From the NCBI GenBank assembly GCA_003228125.1, contig QGNP01000004.1:4559-68558 (forward strand): a stretch of DNA of 64,000 bases, given 5' to 3'. The translations under genes were made by a program, and so were the position numbers. The notes beneath the pieces were generated by a model. The model ran no database searches. It was not told where the DNA came from and saw nothing but the letters and a program-made list of their open reading frames with translations. Origin of the DNA: Chloroflexota bacterium. GTDB taxonomy: Bacteria > Chloroflexota > Dehalococcoidia > UBA2979. This document shows, piece by piece, positions 39,750 to 48,655 of the stretch; positions within the stretch are counted from its first letter, which is position 1, and each line of letters starts with the position of its first letter.

Positions 39750-39965
39750 ATGGCTGAACAAGCTTTTGATGATTACTTGGATTTAGTACAAGCATCTAGA
39801 GAAATTGGCATTCATCCTCAAAGTCTTCGTAGACTTATTAAGCAAGAGCGAATTCCGGCAACTATGTTTGCTGGAAAATATTTGATTAAGCGTGACAGAT
39901 TAGAAATTTTTAAATCTAATTATGATCCTAGGCCTGGACGAAAGCATCTTGGAACTTTATTATAA
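39750..39965 (+). CDS. Small helix-turn-helix DNA-binding protein (excisionase/MerR-like HTH_17)
   Basis: YLDLVQASREIGIHPQSLRRLIKQERIPA..FAGKYLI pattern. Confidence 0.85.
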   Translation: MAEQAFDDYLDLVQASREIGIHPQSLRRLIKQERIPATMFAGKYLIKRDRLEIFKSNYDPRPGRKHLGTLL

Positions 39966-40070
39966 TTTTTTAACTGCATTGCCAAAATTTAACAATCCTT
40001 AGCTTTATTATTCCTAATTCATGCAAAAAATATGTAGCTATAATTTTATTTGAATTGAGTCCGTGTGTCT

Positions 40071-41018
40071 TTAATTTATTTTATTTGGAGCACGCCCTTT
40101 TGTACTAAATGATATAAGATTTGATACTGCGAGTTTGGCCATTTTGTACCTAGTTTTTTTAGTTGCACTTCCAAGGTGGGGTGAAATAAAAACATTAGGC
40201 ATCATTAATAATTTTGATGAATAAGGCAATGGTTCAGGATCCGTTACATCTAATGCAGCGCCTCCAATAGTTTTATTAATAATTGCTTTCTCTAAATCTA
40301 ATTGATTTATTATTTTGCCTCGTGAAGTATTAATCAGAATTGCATCAGATTTCATTTTTTTAAAATGTTGATAGTTTAAAAAATATTTTGTTTCATTATT
40401 TAATGGTAAGTGCACGCTTATATAATCTGATGTAGTTAATAACTCATTTAAATTTAAAAAATTTCCAGGGAATCTCTTTTTTTCTTTTTTTCCAGAATAA
40501 CTTACTTGCATATTCAATTTTTTTGCTAAGCTAGCTACAGCAAAGCCAATTTTTCCTGGACCAATAATGCCTAAAGTCGATCCATTTATGTCTTTACCAA
40601 GCATCCATGTTGGATTCCATTCTTTCCACTCTTTTTTATGAATAGCAAGATTTGCTTCAGATAATCTTTTAGACATTAAAAAAATTAATGCAATGGTTAA
40701 TTCAGCTGTGGAATTAGTAAGAACATCAGGAGTATTTGTAACGACAATATTATTTTTTTTTGCAAAAGCAATATCAATATTGTCATAGCCCACTGCCATA
40801 TTGGCAATTATTTTTAATGATTGTGTTTTATTGATGAAATTTTTATCAATTTTTTCGGTTAACATTGTTAATAATCCCCAACAATTTTTACTTCTTATTA
40901 TTAATTCTTCATAGGATGGTGGATAATCTTTTCCCCAAACATCTACATCAAAGTATTTTTCTAAATCATCAATTAAGCTTTTTTCTGGAAGCATTCTAGT
41001 AATAAAAATTTTTTTCAT
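40071..41018 (-). CDS. Glyoxylate/hydroxypyruvate reductase (D-glycerate dehydrogenase family)
   Basis: ANMAVGYDNID, VTNTPDVLT..TAE, GPGKIG, LINTSRG, LDVTDPEP, SPHLGSAT. Confidence 0.92.
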   Translation of the reverse strand: MKKIFITRMLPEKSLIDDLEKYFDVDVWGKDYPPSYEELIIRSKNCWGLLTMLTEKIDKNFINKTQSLKIIANMAVGYDNIDIAFAKKNNIVVTNTPDVLTNSTAELTIALIFLMSKRLSEANLAIHKKEWKEWNPTWMLGKDINGSTLGIIGPGKIGFAVASLAKKLNMQVSYSGKKEKKRFPGNFLNLNELLTTSDYISVHLPLNNETKYFLNYQHFKKMKSDAILINTSRGKIINQLDLEKAIINKTIGGAALDVTDPEPLPYSSKLLMMPNVFISPHLGSATKKTRYKMAKLAVSNLISFSTKGRAPNKIN

Positions 41019-41129
41019 TAGTAGTCCTTTGTTCTTTAAATATAAAATATTTATTATTTACCTTTACTTTTAATTCTGATTTAAATATCCTAGAATTTCA
41101 ACAAATTATGGTATTAAGAAGGAAATATT

Positions 41130-41462
41130 ATGAATTCTAGTCAAGACAGTTCATTTAAAAAAATAGATGTGCATGAAGCAAAAAAAATGATTGAAAAAGG
41201 TGATGTTCAAATCATTGACAGTCGAGAAGCTGACGAGCATACAGAGGGACATGTTCCTGATTCAATCAATATTCCTCATATGGAAACTTTTAATAGATTA
41301 TCTGAAATAGAGACTAATAAACCAGTTCTGTTTATTTGTAAATCAGGACAAAGGTCAGCGGTTGCTTTAGAATTTGCCATTGCAGCAGGTCTCACTAATG
41401 ATTTATACAATGTTGAAGGCGGACATGATGCTTGGACTGAATCTGGATACGAATTAGACTAA
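41130..41462 (+). CDS. Single-domain rhodanese (sulfurtransferase)
   Basis: IIDSRE..EH..GHVP, CKSGQRS active-site loop, VEGG..AW. Confidence 0.92.
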   Translation: MNSSQDSSFKKIDVHEAKKMIEKGDVQIIDSREADEHTEGHVPDSINIPHMETFNRLSEIETNKPVLFICKSGQRSAVALEFAIAAGLTNDLYNVEGGHDAWTESGYELD

Positions 41463-41464
41463 TC

Positions 41465-42118
41465 TTAGTTTAAATATATAGATCTTGATTTCATTCTTTT
41501 AATCTTTTCATTAGCTTCTTGTTTAGCAAATTGCAATAATGATTTCATAATTGGCTTTGTTTCTTTTAAGCGATTGGTTGTATCTAAAAGCTCTAATATT
41601 TTTTGTAAGTTTGTTTTGTTCCAAAAGGTTATGCTTCTAGCAGCGATTTTATCAGCTAGATCACCTGGATTTTTTGGAAGATTATGTGATTTAGTAAAGC
41701 CTCCATTAGCTATTTCACTAAATGTTAGAAATTCATCTAATTCATTTTTCATTTCTTCGAATAGAATGTCAGTGTTATTATCTATAGATTCCAATAATTT
41801 AACTTCAGCAGTTAAATAAGGATCATTATTTATGATTTCAAGAATTTCAAATCTTTGTACTCCAATTGTTTCTAACAGAATGAGGGAATTTTGATCTGTA
41901 ATCATTTTTTTAATTTTAGCTACAGTACCAATTTTATGTATTTGAGGAATTTTATCACCGACTTCATTGCCTGATTTTATAAAGATAACGCCAAATGGTT
42001 GTTCTGTTTGCAAGCAATCATTAATTAGACTTTTATACCTATCTTCGAATACCTGCAATGGTAAAGTCATATTTGGAAAAAGAATTGTCGAAAGAGGGAA
42101 TAATCTTAAGTTGCTCAG
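41465..42118 (-). CDS. LON peptidase substrate-binding (N) domain protein, probable CTG start
   Basis: In-frame LSNLRLFPLSTILFPN precedes the first ATG (42070) and continues MTLPLQVFEDRY. CTG at 42118 has AAGGA 7 nt upstream. Confidence 0.8.
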   Translation of the reverse strand: MSNLRLFPLSTILFPNMTLPLQVFEDRYKSLINDCLQTEQPFGVIFIKSGNEVGDKIPQIHKIGTVAKIKKMITDQNSLILLETIGVQRFEILEIINNDPYLTAEVKLLESIDNNTDILFEEMKNELDEFLTFSEIANGGFTKSHNLPKNPGDLADKIAARSITFWNKTNLQKILELLDTTNRLKETKPIMKSLLQFAKQEANEKIKRMKSRSIYLN

Positions 42119-42148
42119 TACTGGTTCCTTATTCTTAAAGAAATAAAT

Positions 42149-44740
42149 TTAATTTTTACTCTTTATTATGTTAATTTCATTTTTGTTTTGATTTAAGAAT
42201 GATAGGATTTCTCCTTCATTAAGGTATTGAGGTACAAAAATTGTTCCTTTAATTATTTGATCAGAAACATTTACTATTAATTCCATCTTATTTTCTTTTG
42301 TAGAAATAATAATTTTTTCATTATCATTGACGCCTAAATTACTTGCATCTATTGAATTCATCATTCCCTTGCTTTCTCTATTTAAAGCATCAGATTGCAA
42401 TGAACCTATTGATGTTAGTTCTCTGGAAGTAAAGAGAGTTTTTGCAACAAGCAAGCTAGTTTCATTACTTGCATTATAGCTAAGCATTTTTTTCTTAGAT
42501 ATTGAAGACAAGCGATAGGATGTATTTTCTTTATTGATTGCTCTATAATTACCTGAAATAAAATTTGGATATTTAGAATAATTTTTATTTAATTTTTTTA
42601 TTTGTTGCTCACTTGAATAAGATAAGTCTTTATTTTTTTCTATAATTTTTTGAGCAATTTTTATCATTATATTTTTCATATTAATATTTATATTTTCATT
42701 TTTAAATAAATTAGACTGATTAAAGTTATGTTTGAAAATATAACTGCTTGTATTAGTGGTGGTGCCTTCTTTCATATAAAAAGGTGAATCAGGTAATAGA
42801 AAGTGAGCTATTTTGCTAGCAGAATTGATAGTTGAATCAATGATTATCAATGTTTCTATTTGCTGGAGTGCTTTTTTGACTTTTGTTTTATTAGACGCCC
42901 TTATTAAAGGATTGTCATTATGTATGATTAAGCATTTTATTTTTCCTGTTCCGATACCATCGATCATCTCATTGAAATTTAAACCATCATCAATGGGCCT
43001 AATATTCATATCGTCCAAACCAACGACATTGGCTTCATTTGGAAGATATAAAATCGAGTTACTTGCTTGTTCATTAATAAGGGCAGTAGCTAGATTTCCA
43101 ATTTGTTCAGCTTGATTAATTAAAATATTTTTTGTATTTGAAACATAATAATTTGGTGGTGCAAAAACAATTGCAAGGTCTGTAGATTCATTTTGCTGAT
43201 TTCGATCTTGTTTAAATTTTTTTAATATAGAAAAAACATCTTGCAAGGATGTTTTTTCTATATATTCAAGTTTGCTAATGAATGTATCAGTGTCTTTTAA
43301 AAGACACTGAGTTAATTCTTCTAATAAAATTGCTTCATCTCCAGGTTTAATTTGTATCCATGATTTAGCAAATGGTTTTAGCTCACCCCATTTAGGCGAA
43401 ATGAGAATTAATGTAGCATTGTTATTAGTCACTGCATCTTTGATCCGTAATGATGTTATTTGATGTGACTCTTCTAGATCTGGGGCTATTGCAATAATTA
43501 ATTTTGATTTATCTAAGTTAATTGAATCTGCAGGGAGTTTCTTATGTTTAGAAATTCCCTCCCAAGTGTCTATTATGGCTCTATAATTTTCTCCATCAAT
43601 GTAATCTAAATTATTTGTTTTGACGATATCAGTTGCAAAAAAATTTAAAAATGCCGCATCTTCATTTGTTGAAAAAGGAGATGCAATTATTCCGATTGAT
43701 TGAGGACCATATTTTTTAATGGCATTTTTTAATTTTTTTGCAACTGAATCTACTGCAGTATTTAAGTCCTTTGAAACAAGTTTGTCACCAATGCGTTCAT
43801 AAGGTTTAAAATTTCTATCCTGAATATTAATCTCTGAATAACCAAATCTTCCTCTTACACAAATCTGATCTCGACTAGTTTTATTGATTGATACCGGTCT
43901 TACGATAACTGGTTCGCCATTATTTGATATACCATAAGAAATGGTGCAATTCATTGAACAACCATTGCATACTGAATTAGTCCAATCTGTTGCCAAGCCA
44001 TTCCATTTGTTCGGCTTTTCCATTAGTGTTGCCGTAGGGCATACATCTATGCATGCACCGCAAAAATCACAATTAGACTCATGCACTTGGCCTCCTGCAC
44101 CAAATGCAATTTTTGTTTCAAAACCCTTACCTGCTAAGGATATTGCCCCAGTATGTCGAATATCAGCACAAGCCCTAACGCATCTCGTGCACAAAATGCA
44201 CATTTGAGGATCGAATTCTAAAAATGGATTAGTCCTATCTGGCTTTGGTGGAGTTGTTTCATAGTATGTCCTTTCTTCATTAATCCATGGTTCTTTCCAT
44301 TCACCTTGATCAATTAATTCTGTAGCAGTTTGTAATTCACATCGATAGTTTTTTGCACATGTGAGGCATCGGTGCGTTACAACATCATCTCTTAGGCATA
44401 TTTCACCAGGTTGACAATGGACTCTTCTATGACAAGTTAAACATCTGTCAGGATGATTTGTTGTAATGAATGACATTACTGATTGTCTAATTTCTTTTGT
44501 TTTATTTGATTCAGTATTTACAACCATGCCTTCAGTAATATTTGTAGTACAGGATAATTGTATAGACGTAGGTTTAGCACCTTCAATTTCTACTACGCAT
44601 GTTCTGCAACCAGCATAAGGATCCAGTCCATCGATGTAGCAAAGGTTAGTTATAGGAAAGCCATTTTCTTTTAAAATTTCTACCAGTGGCCTGCCTGCCT
44701 CTGCATTAACTTGATTGCCATTAATTATTATATTAGTCAA
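42149..44740 (-). CDS. NuoG/FdhF-like iron-sulfur protein (2Fe-2S plus several 4Fe-4S motifs; molybdopterin-oxidoreductase fold lacking the catalytic Cys/Sec)
   Basis: C..GCRTC..SC (2Fe-2S), HxxxCxxCxxxxxC, CILCTRCVRAC, CDFCGACIDVCP, CNGCSMNC..ICVRGRFG; NNLDYIDG where FdhF has the Cys/Sec-His loop; TTG start. Confidence 0.85.
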   Translation of the reverse strand: MTNIIINGNQVNAEAGRPLVEILKENGFPITNLCYIDGLDPYAGCRTCVVEIEGAKPTSIQLSCTTNITEGMVVNTESNKTKEIRQSVMSFITTNHPDRCLTCHRRVHCQPGEICLRDDVVTHRCLTCAKNYRCELQTATELIDQGEWKEPWINEERTYYETTPPKPDRTNPFLEFDPQMCILCTRCVRACADIRHTGAISLAGKGFETKIAFGAGGQVHESNCDFCGACIDVCPTATLMEKPNKWNGLATDWTNSVCNGCSMNCTISYGISNNGEPVIVRPVSINKTSRDQICVRGRFGYSEINIQDRNFKPYERIGDKLVSKDLNTAVDSVAKKLKNAIKKYGPQSIGIIASPFSTNEDAAFLNFFATDIVKTNNLDYIDGENYRAIIDTWEGISKHKKLPADSINLDKSKLIIAIAPDLEESHQITSLRIKDAVTNNNATLILISPKWGELKPFAKSWIQIKPGDEAILLEELTQCLLKDTDTFISKLEYIEKTSLQDVFSILKKFKQDRNQQNESTDLAIVFAPPNYYVSNTKNILINQAEQIGNLATALINEQASNSILYLPNEANVVGLDDMNIRPIDDGLNFNEMIDGIGTGKIKCLIIHNDNPLIRASNKTKVKKALQQIETLIIIDSTINSASKIAHFLLPDSPFYMKEGTTTNTSSYIFKHNFNQSNLFKNENININMKNIMIKIAQKIIEKNKDLSYSSEQQIKKLNKNYSKYPNFISGNYRAINKENTSYRLSSISKKKMLSYNASNETSLLVAKTLFTSRELTSIGSLQSDALNRESKGMMNSIDASNLGVNDNEKIIISTKENKMELIVNVSDQIIKGTIFVPQYLNEGEILSFLNQNKNEINIIKSKN

Positions 44741-44758
44741 TTTCTATAACTCCAGATA

Positions 44759-45310
44759 TTAATTTTTTCTAATTGGTAAATGGTGTGGTCCAATAGGCCC
44801 ATCTTGTCCAGCTGGCTTCGTCTTTGATCTTGCTGTTGGTATTGAAGTATGCAATGGTTTAATTGAATCTTGATTCTGTCCATTTGGATAATATCCATCA
44901 TTTTCTTCAAGATATTGCCTTGATTCTTTAGAAAGAGAGTCTCTATTTCTATACATATCTTCAAAGTTGAAGACAGCGTCATCGTATCTGCCTCCAGATT
45001 GAATGGCTTGATAAGGGCAAGCTTCAGTACATAAACCACAATACATGCAAATTCTAAAGTCTATTTCGTATCTATCTATATTTAATGTTCCATCTTCTCT
45101 AGGTGATGTTTCTATTAAAATACATCCATCAGGACAAGCTTGTGCACAAGTAGAGCAACCAGTGCATCTTTCTTCAAACCAAAGTAAATTTGTTCTGGCT
45201 CTTTTAGAGACATTTCTATGTTGTTCTGGGTACTGGACAGTGATTGGTTTTCTAAACGCGTGTTTTAAAGTGACGAGCATTGATCGTAAAATACCTGTAC
45301 CATAAATCAT
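44759..45310 (-). CDS. nuoI: NADH-quinone oxidoreductase subunit I-like 2x[4Fe-4S] protein
   Basis: TLKHAFRKPITVQYPEQ, CTGCSTCAQACP, EIDFRICMYCGLCTEACP. Confidence 0.88.
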   Translation of the reverse strand: MIYGTGILRSMLVTLKHAFRKPITVQYPEQHRNVSKRARTNLLWFEERCTGCSTCAQACPDGCILIETSPREDGTLNIDRYEIDFRICMYCGLCTEACPYQAIQSGGRYDDAVFNFEDMYRNRDSLSKESRQYLEENDGYYPNGQNQDSIKPLHTSIPTARSKTKPAGQDGPIGPHHLPIRKN

Positions 45311-45390
45311 TTAATTTCCAAACTGTTACGAAGAAATTTTAGCACATTTTTATCTTCTGCTATTAAAAATATTTAATAATATTTTTATAT

Positions 45391-45990
45391 TTATTTAAAA
45401 TTTTCTAAAGCTTTTTTATATTCATCTGGTGTATTGAGATTATATTGTAAATACTGAGCATTTATTTTTATTTTTTTTATTTGATAATTTTTTGTAAAAT
45501 CCCTGAGGGTTGTCTTATTTTTTTCAATGTTGAGTAAATTATTAAAATGATCCTTATTAATTATTAAAGGGTGACATAATTCCTTATTGTAAGTTGGCTG
45601 TATAATATCAAATATTGAATTTCGTGAAGCTTCAATAAGTATTTTTAAGTCATTGGATTTAATAGGTTGATCAACATTTTGTATTAATAAATTATAGTTT
45701 GTTTCATTTATCAATGTTGATTTTATGTTTGTTAATCCAGTTACTATTGAATTTGTTCTTCCTTTCCACCAAGTTTTATTAATAATAGTATGGATATTAT
45801 AATTTTTTATTATTGGGAATATTTTTTCTGATTCATATCCTAAAACGACAAAAATATGTTGTATTCCTGCTTTTTTCATTTGAACAATTTCCCATTCAAT
45901 TAATGTGCATTCAAACCAAGGCAATAATGCCTTATGTTCTTGCATTCTTGAAGATTGTCCAGCAGATAATATTAAGCCAATTGTTTCCAT
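45391..45990 (-). CDS. MocA/YgfJ-like nucleotidyltransferase (MobA-like NTP transferase)
   Basis: LILSAGQSSRM..HKALLPW, VVLG, NVDQP, NLNTPDEY; ATG at 45990 overlaps the IscU stop (TAATG). Confidence 0.85.
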   Translation of the reverse strand: METIGLILSAGQSSRMQEHKALLPWFECTLIEWEIVQMKKAGIQHIFVVLGYESEKIFPIIKNYNIHTIINKTWWKGRTNSIVTGLTNIKSTLINETNYNLLIQNVDQPIKSNDLKILIEASRNSIFDIIQPTYNKELCHPLIINKDHFNNLLNIEKNKTTLRDFTKNYQIKKIKINAQYLQYNLNTPDEYKKALENFK

Positions 45991-46367
45991 TATGTATTCC
46001 AAGAGTTTATGGCTGTTTTAATAGCATCTTCTGCAATAACTGAACTATGATTTTTTGACTTAGGTAGTCCTCCAATTGCTTTAGCAATATCATGTTTTGT
46101 TATTAATAAAACAGATGCTATTGTTTTGCCTATAATCATTTCGGTTGTAATAGAAGCCACTGCAATGGTAGCTGGGCAACCATTCGATAAAAATGTTGCT
46201 TTTTCTATTATTTTTTTTTTATTAATTTTTAAAAAAAGTTCTAATGTATCTCCGCATATTGGGTTTGCAGAATATCCAGTTGTCGACGCATCATTTAATC
46301 GACCTGAATTTTTAGGATTTTTGAAATGCTTAAGAAATGTTTGACTATATTTGTTTTTGGGTTCCAT
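45990..46367 (-). CDS. iscU: IscU/NifU-N family Fe-S scaffold-like protein (third Cys replaced by Ser)
   Basis: HFKNPKNSG, NPICGD, GCPATIA, LPKSKNHSSVIAEDAIK. Confidence 0.82.
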   Translation of the reverse strand: MEPKNKYSQTFLKHFKNPKNSGRLNDASTTGYSANPICGDTLELFLKINKKKIIEKATFLSNGCPATIAVASITTEMIIGKTIASVLLITKHDIAKAIGGLPKSKNHSSVIAEDAIKTAINSWNT

Positions 46368-46382
46368 TGTTATAATTTATCA

Positions 46383-46811
46383 CTAAATATTTTCTAAAAA
46401 TGTGAAAATTTCTAAAAATTGGTCAAAATTAGCCGGTTGATAAAATGTATTTTTAAATATAATTTCACATTTTTGATTAAAGATAAAAATTGCTCTATTA
46501 GATTTTTTTTCATTTATATCATAAATATTCAATTCTTTAGCTAGGCTGCCATTAAAGTCACTAGCAATTTGAAATGGAAATGCGCCAAGATCATTTTGAA
46601 AATTTGCTATATCTTTTATAGAATCCGTGGATGCAATAATTGTATTGATATTCAATGCATTTAATAGTGGAGCTTCTTTTTTGAAAGCTGAGACCTGAAT
46701 GGTGCATAGAGGAGTATGGTGTTCTTTAAAATATATTAAAATTAATTTTTTACCGTTAATTAGTTCATCGAGGCTTTTTTCTCCCTTAATGGTTAGCAAT
46801 TTACTATTCAT
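46383..46811 (-). CDS. Peroxiredoxin-like redoxin (AhpC/TSA, BCP-like)
   Basis: YFKEHHTPLC (variant PxxxTxxC), STDS, FQIASDFNG, NRAIFI. Confidence 0.75.
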   Translation of the reverse strand: MNSKLLTIKGEKSLDELINGKKLILIYFKEHHTPLCTIQVSAFKKEAPLLNALNINTIIASTDSIKDIANFQNDLGAFPFQIASDFNGSLAKELNIYDINEKKSNRAIFIFNQKCEIIFKNTFYQPANFDQFLEIFTFLENI

Positions 46812-46814
46812 TAT

Positions 46815-47966
46815 TTATATTAATTTTCTTAAGTAACTTAAATTGTTAATTGGACAACTTCTTGAGGCAATTTGTACTTTAATCTTACCTAATTTTTCTG
46901 GTTCGGTGAGGGTCTCTATTGCTTTTTTAATATTCAAATATTCTGCGCTATTAAATACATTGATATCTTTACTATTTTTATAAATTTCAAAAATTCCTAA
47001 ATTACTCAATGCTTCCCATTGAGTAATTATTGGATTAACAATCATGTTTTTTTCCTCTAGTGCTTTTTGCAATAAAGAGAAATTGACATCCGCTGTAATG
47101 TCTATTTCTCCTGGCCTTACAAGTGGGTCCTCAATCATGTGCCTAGTAATTGCCTTGTATGTCCCTTGTTTTCTCCAAGGTTGAATAAGATTTGACGCTA
47201 CATCACCATAGTCAATATTAATAAAGTAACCAGAATTAATTTTTTCAGCAATTTTTTGAATTTTATTAAAAGTATTAATTGGTATTTCAACAATGCAATC
47301 ATTAAATAAATTTAAATTCATTTTTTCTATAAAATTTGTTATTTTTTTATCTTCTAATAATTGTTCACTGTATTCTAATTTATTTTTCCCAGATGTTACT
47401 ACGTATATTTCATATAGAGTATTATTTTTTTGTTTTATTAAATTGACTGGCAAGCAATCAAAGAATTCATTAGTTATTATCACACCATTATTTTTTTTTG
47501 TAGAATTTATAAAATCGTCTAGAGTCATATAAGAAGCATTTATATTAAATGACTCTAGGAGTTGTTTTTGGTTAGACAACCTTTTTTTGCTTACATCTAT
47601 TAGTGTAATTGTTATATTATTAAATATATGCTCATCTTTATTTTTTAACCAATTTGCTATGTTTGCCATGAAGACACCTGAGCCTCCTCCAATCTCTATC
47701 AAATCAATAGTTTTTGTTTTATCTATATTGATTAAACATTCATATATTTGTTGAGCCCAAAGATATCCAAATAAGTAATGAACTTCTGGTGAAGTTTGAT
47801 AATCTCCAAATCGATTCCATGCAAGATCTTTTGTAGAATAATATCCTGAATTAGAATTAGTTAAACAAATATCCATGTATTGTGCAAAAGACAGCTTGCC
47901 ATTATTAGAGTTAATTTCTTTTTTTATCAATATTTCAGTCGGAGACTCATATATAGAGGAGAACAT
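46815..47966 (-). CDS. MidA/NDUFAF7-family SAM-dependent methyltransferase
   Basis: SFAQYMDICL..GYY, GDYQTSPE, EIGGGSG, TNEFFDCLP, IDYG, DITADVNF, LGKIKV. Confidence 0.9.
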   Translation of the reverse strand: MFSSIYESPTEILIKKEINSNNGKLSFAQYMDICLTNSNSGYYSTKDLAWNRFGDYQTSPEVHYLFGYLWAQQIYECLINIDKTKTIDLIEIGGGSGVFMANIANWLKNKDEHIFNNITITLIDVSKKRLSNQKQLLESFNINASYMTLDDFINSTKKNNGVIITNEFFDCLPVNLIKQKNNTLYEIYVVTSGKNKLEYSEQLLEDKKITNFIEKMNLNLFNDCIVEIPINTFNKIQKIAEKINSGYFINIDYGDVASNLIQPWRKQGTYKAITRHMIEDPLVRPGEIDITADVNFSLLQKALEEKNMIVNPIITQWEALSNLGIFEIYKNSKDINVFNSAEYLNIKKAIETLTEPEKLGKIKVQIASRSCPINNLSYLRKLI

Positions 47967-47971
47967 GCTTT

Positions 47972-48565
47972 TTACTGCTTTTTTTTCACTTTTTTGTTCT
48001 TTTGATGATAGAGAGAAAAACCTTCAAAAAATATTACTTTTAATACAATGCTAAGTAAGATTAGAATACTTCCTATAACTAAGATATTTGATACATTTAA
48101 ATAAAATCCTAGTATTGGGATTAATATTATAGCTGTATTGCCGCCCAGTCTTCTAGATTTTACTAGGATTCCTACAAATAAGCCTGTAAGACACGCAATG
48201 CTTGAAGCAACTGGCATGAGCGCAAGTACTGCGCCTGCACCTGTAGCAGTGCCATTTCCACCTTTAAATTTTAAAAAAATAGAAAAGTCATGACCAGCAA
48301 CTGCAATTAATCCTGCTAAAACAGCAATAATTTCATTTGGAGTAATTAGTAAGGATATTGATATTGCTATAATGCCTTTTAGAATATCAATGATGCCTAC
48401 CCAGTATGCGTATCGTTTACCGTAATTGTCTAATACATTCATCATTCCAGGATTTCCTGAACCAATTGTTCGTATGTCCTCTTTAAAAATTTTCTTCACC
48501 AATAAGTATGCTGTTGGAAAAGATCCAAGAAGGTAAGATATAAAAATTATTATAAATGCATGCAT
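47972..48565 (-). CDS. plsY: Glycerol-3-phosphate acyltransferase
   Basis: YLLGSFP, DIRTIGSGNPG.MN, DILKG, AGHDFSIFLKFKGGNG.A. Confidence 0.93.
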   Translation of the reverse strand: MHAFIIIFISYLLGSFPTAYLLVKKIFKEDIRTIGSGNPGMMNVLDNYGKRYAYWVGIIDILKGIIAISISLLITPNEIIAVLAGLIAVAGHDFSIFLKFKGGNGTATGAGAVLALMPVASSIACLTGLFVGILVKSRRLGGNTAIILIPILGFYLNVSNILVIGSILILLSIVLKVIFFEGFSLYHQKNKKVKKKQ

Positions 48566-48655
48566 TATTACCTTTAATCAATTTAGCTATTGTAAGATCA
48601 TAGTAGATTATACGAATATTATGAATTAACAAGCAAATTATTACAAGAATTCTAT

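Noticed and set aside
39750-39965. Prophage or ICE remnant suggested by the excisionase-like HTH
   Set aside because: No integrase, att repeats or other mobile genes in the window.
42149-44740. Calling this formate dehydrogenase alpha subunit or a selenoprotein
   Set aside because: No Cys or in-frame TGA at the Mo-ligand loop and no catalytic His.
44737-45305. ORFs 44737-45039 (-) and 45045-45305 (+)
   Set aside because: Alternate-frame or antisense overlaps of nuoI.
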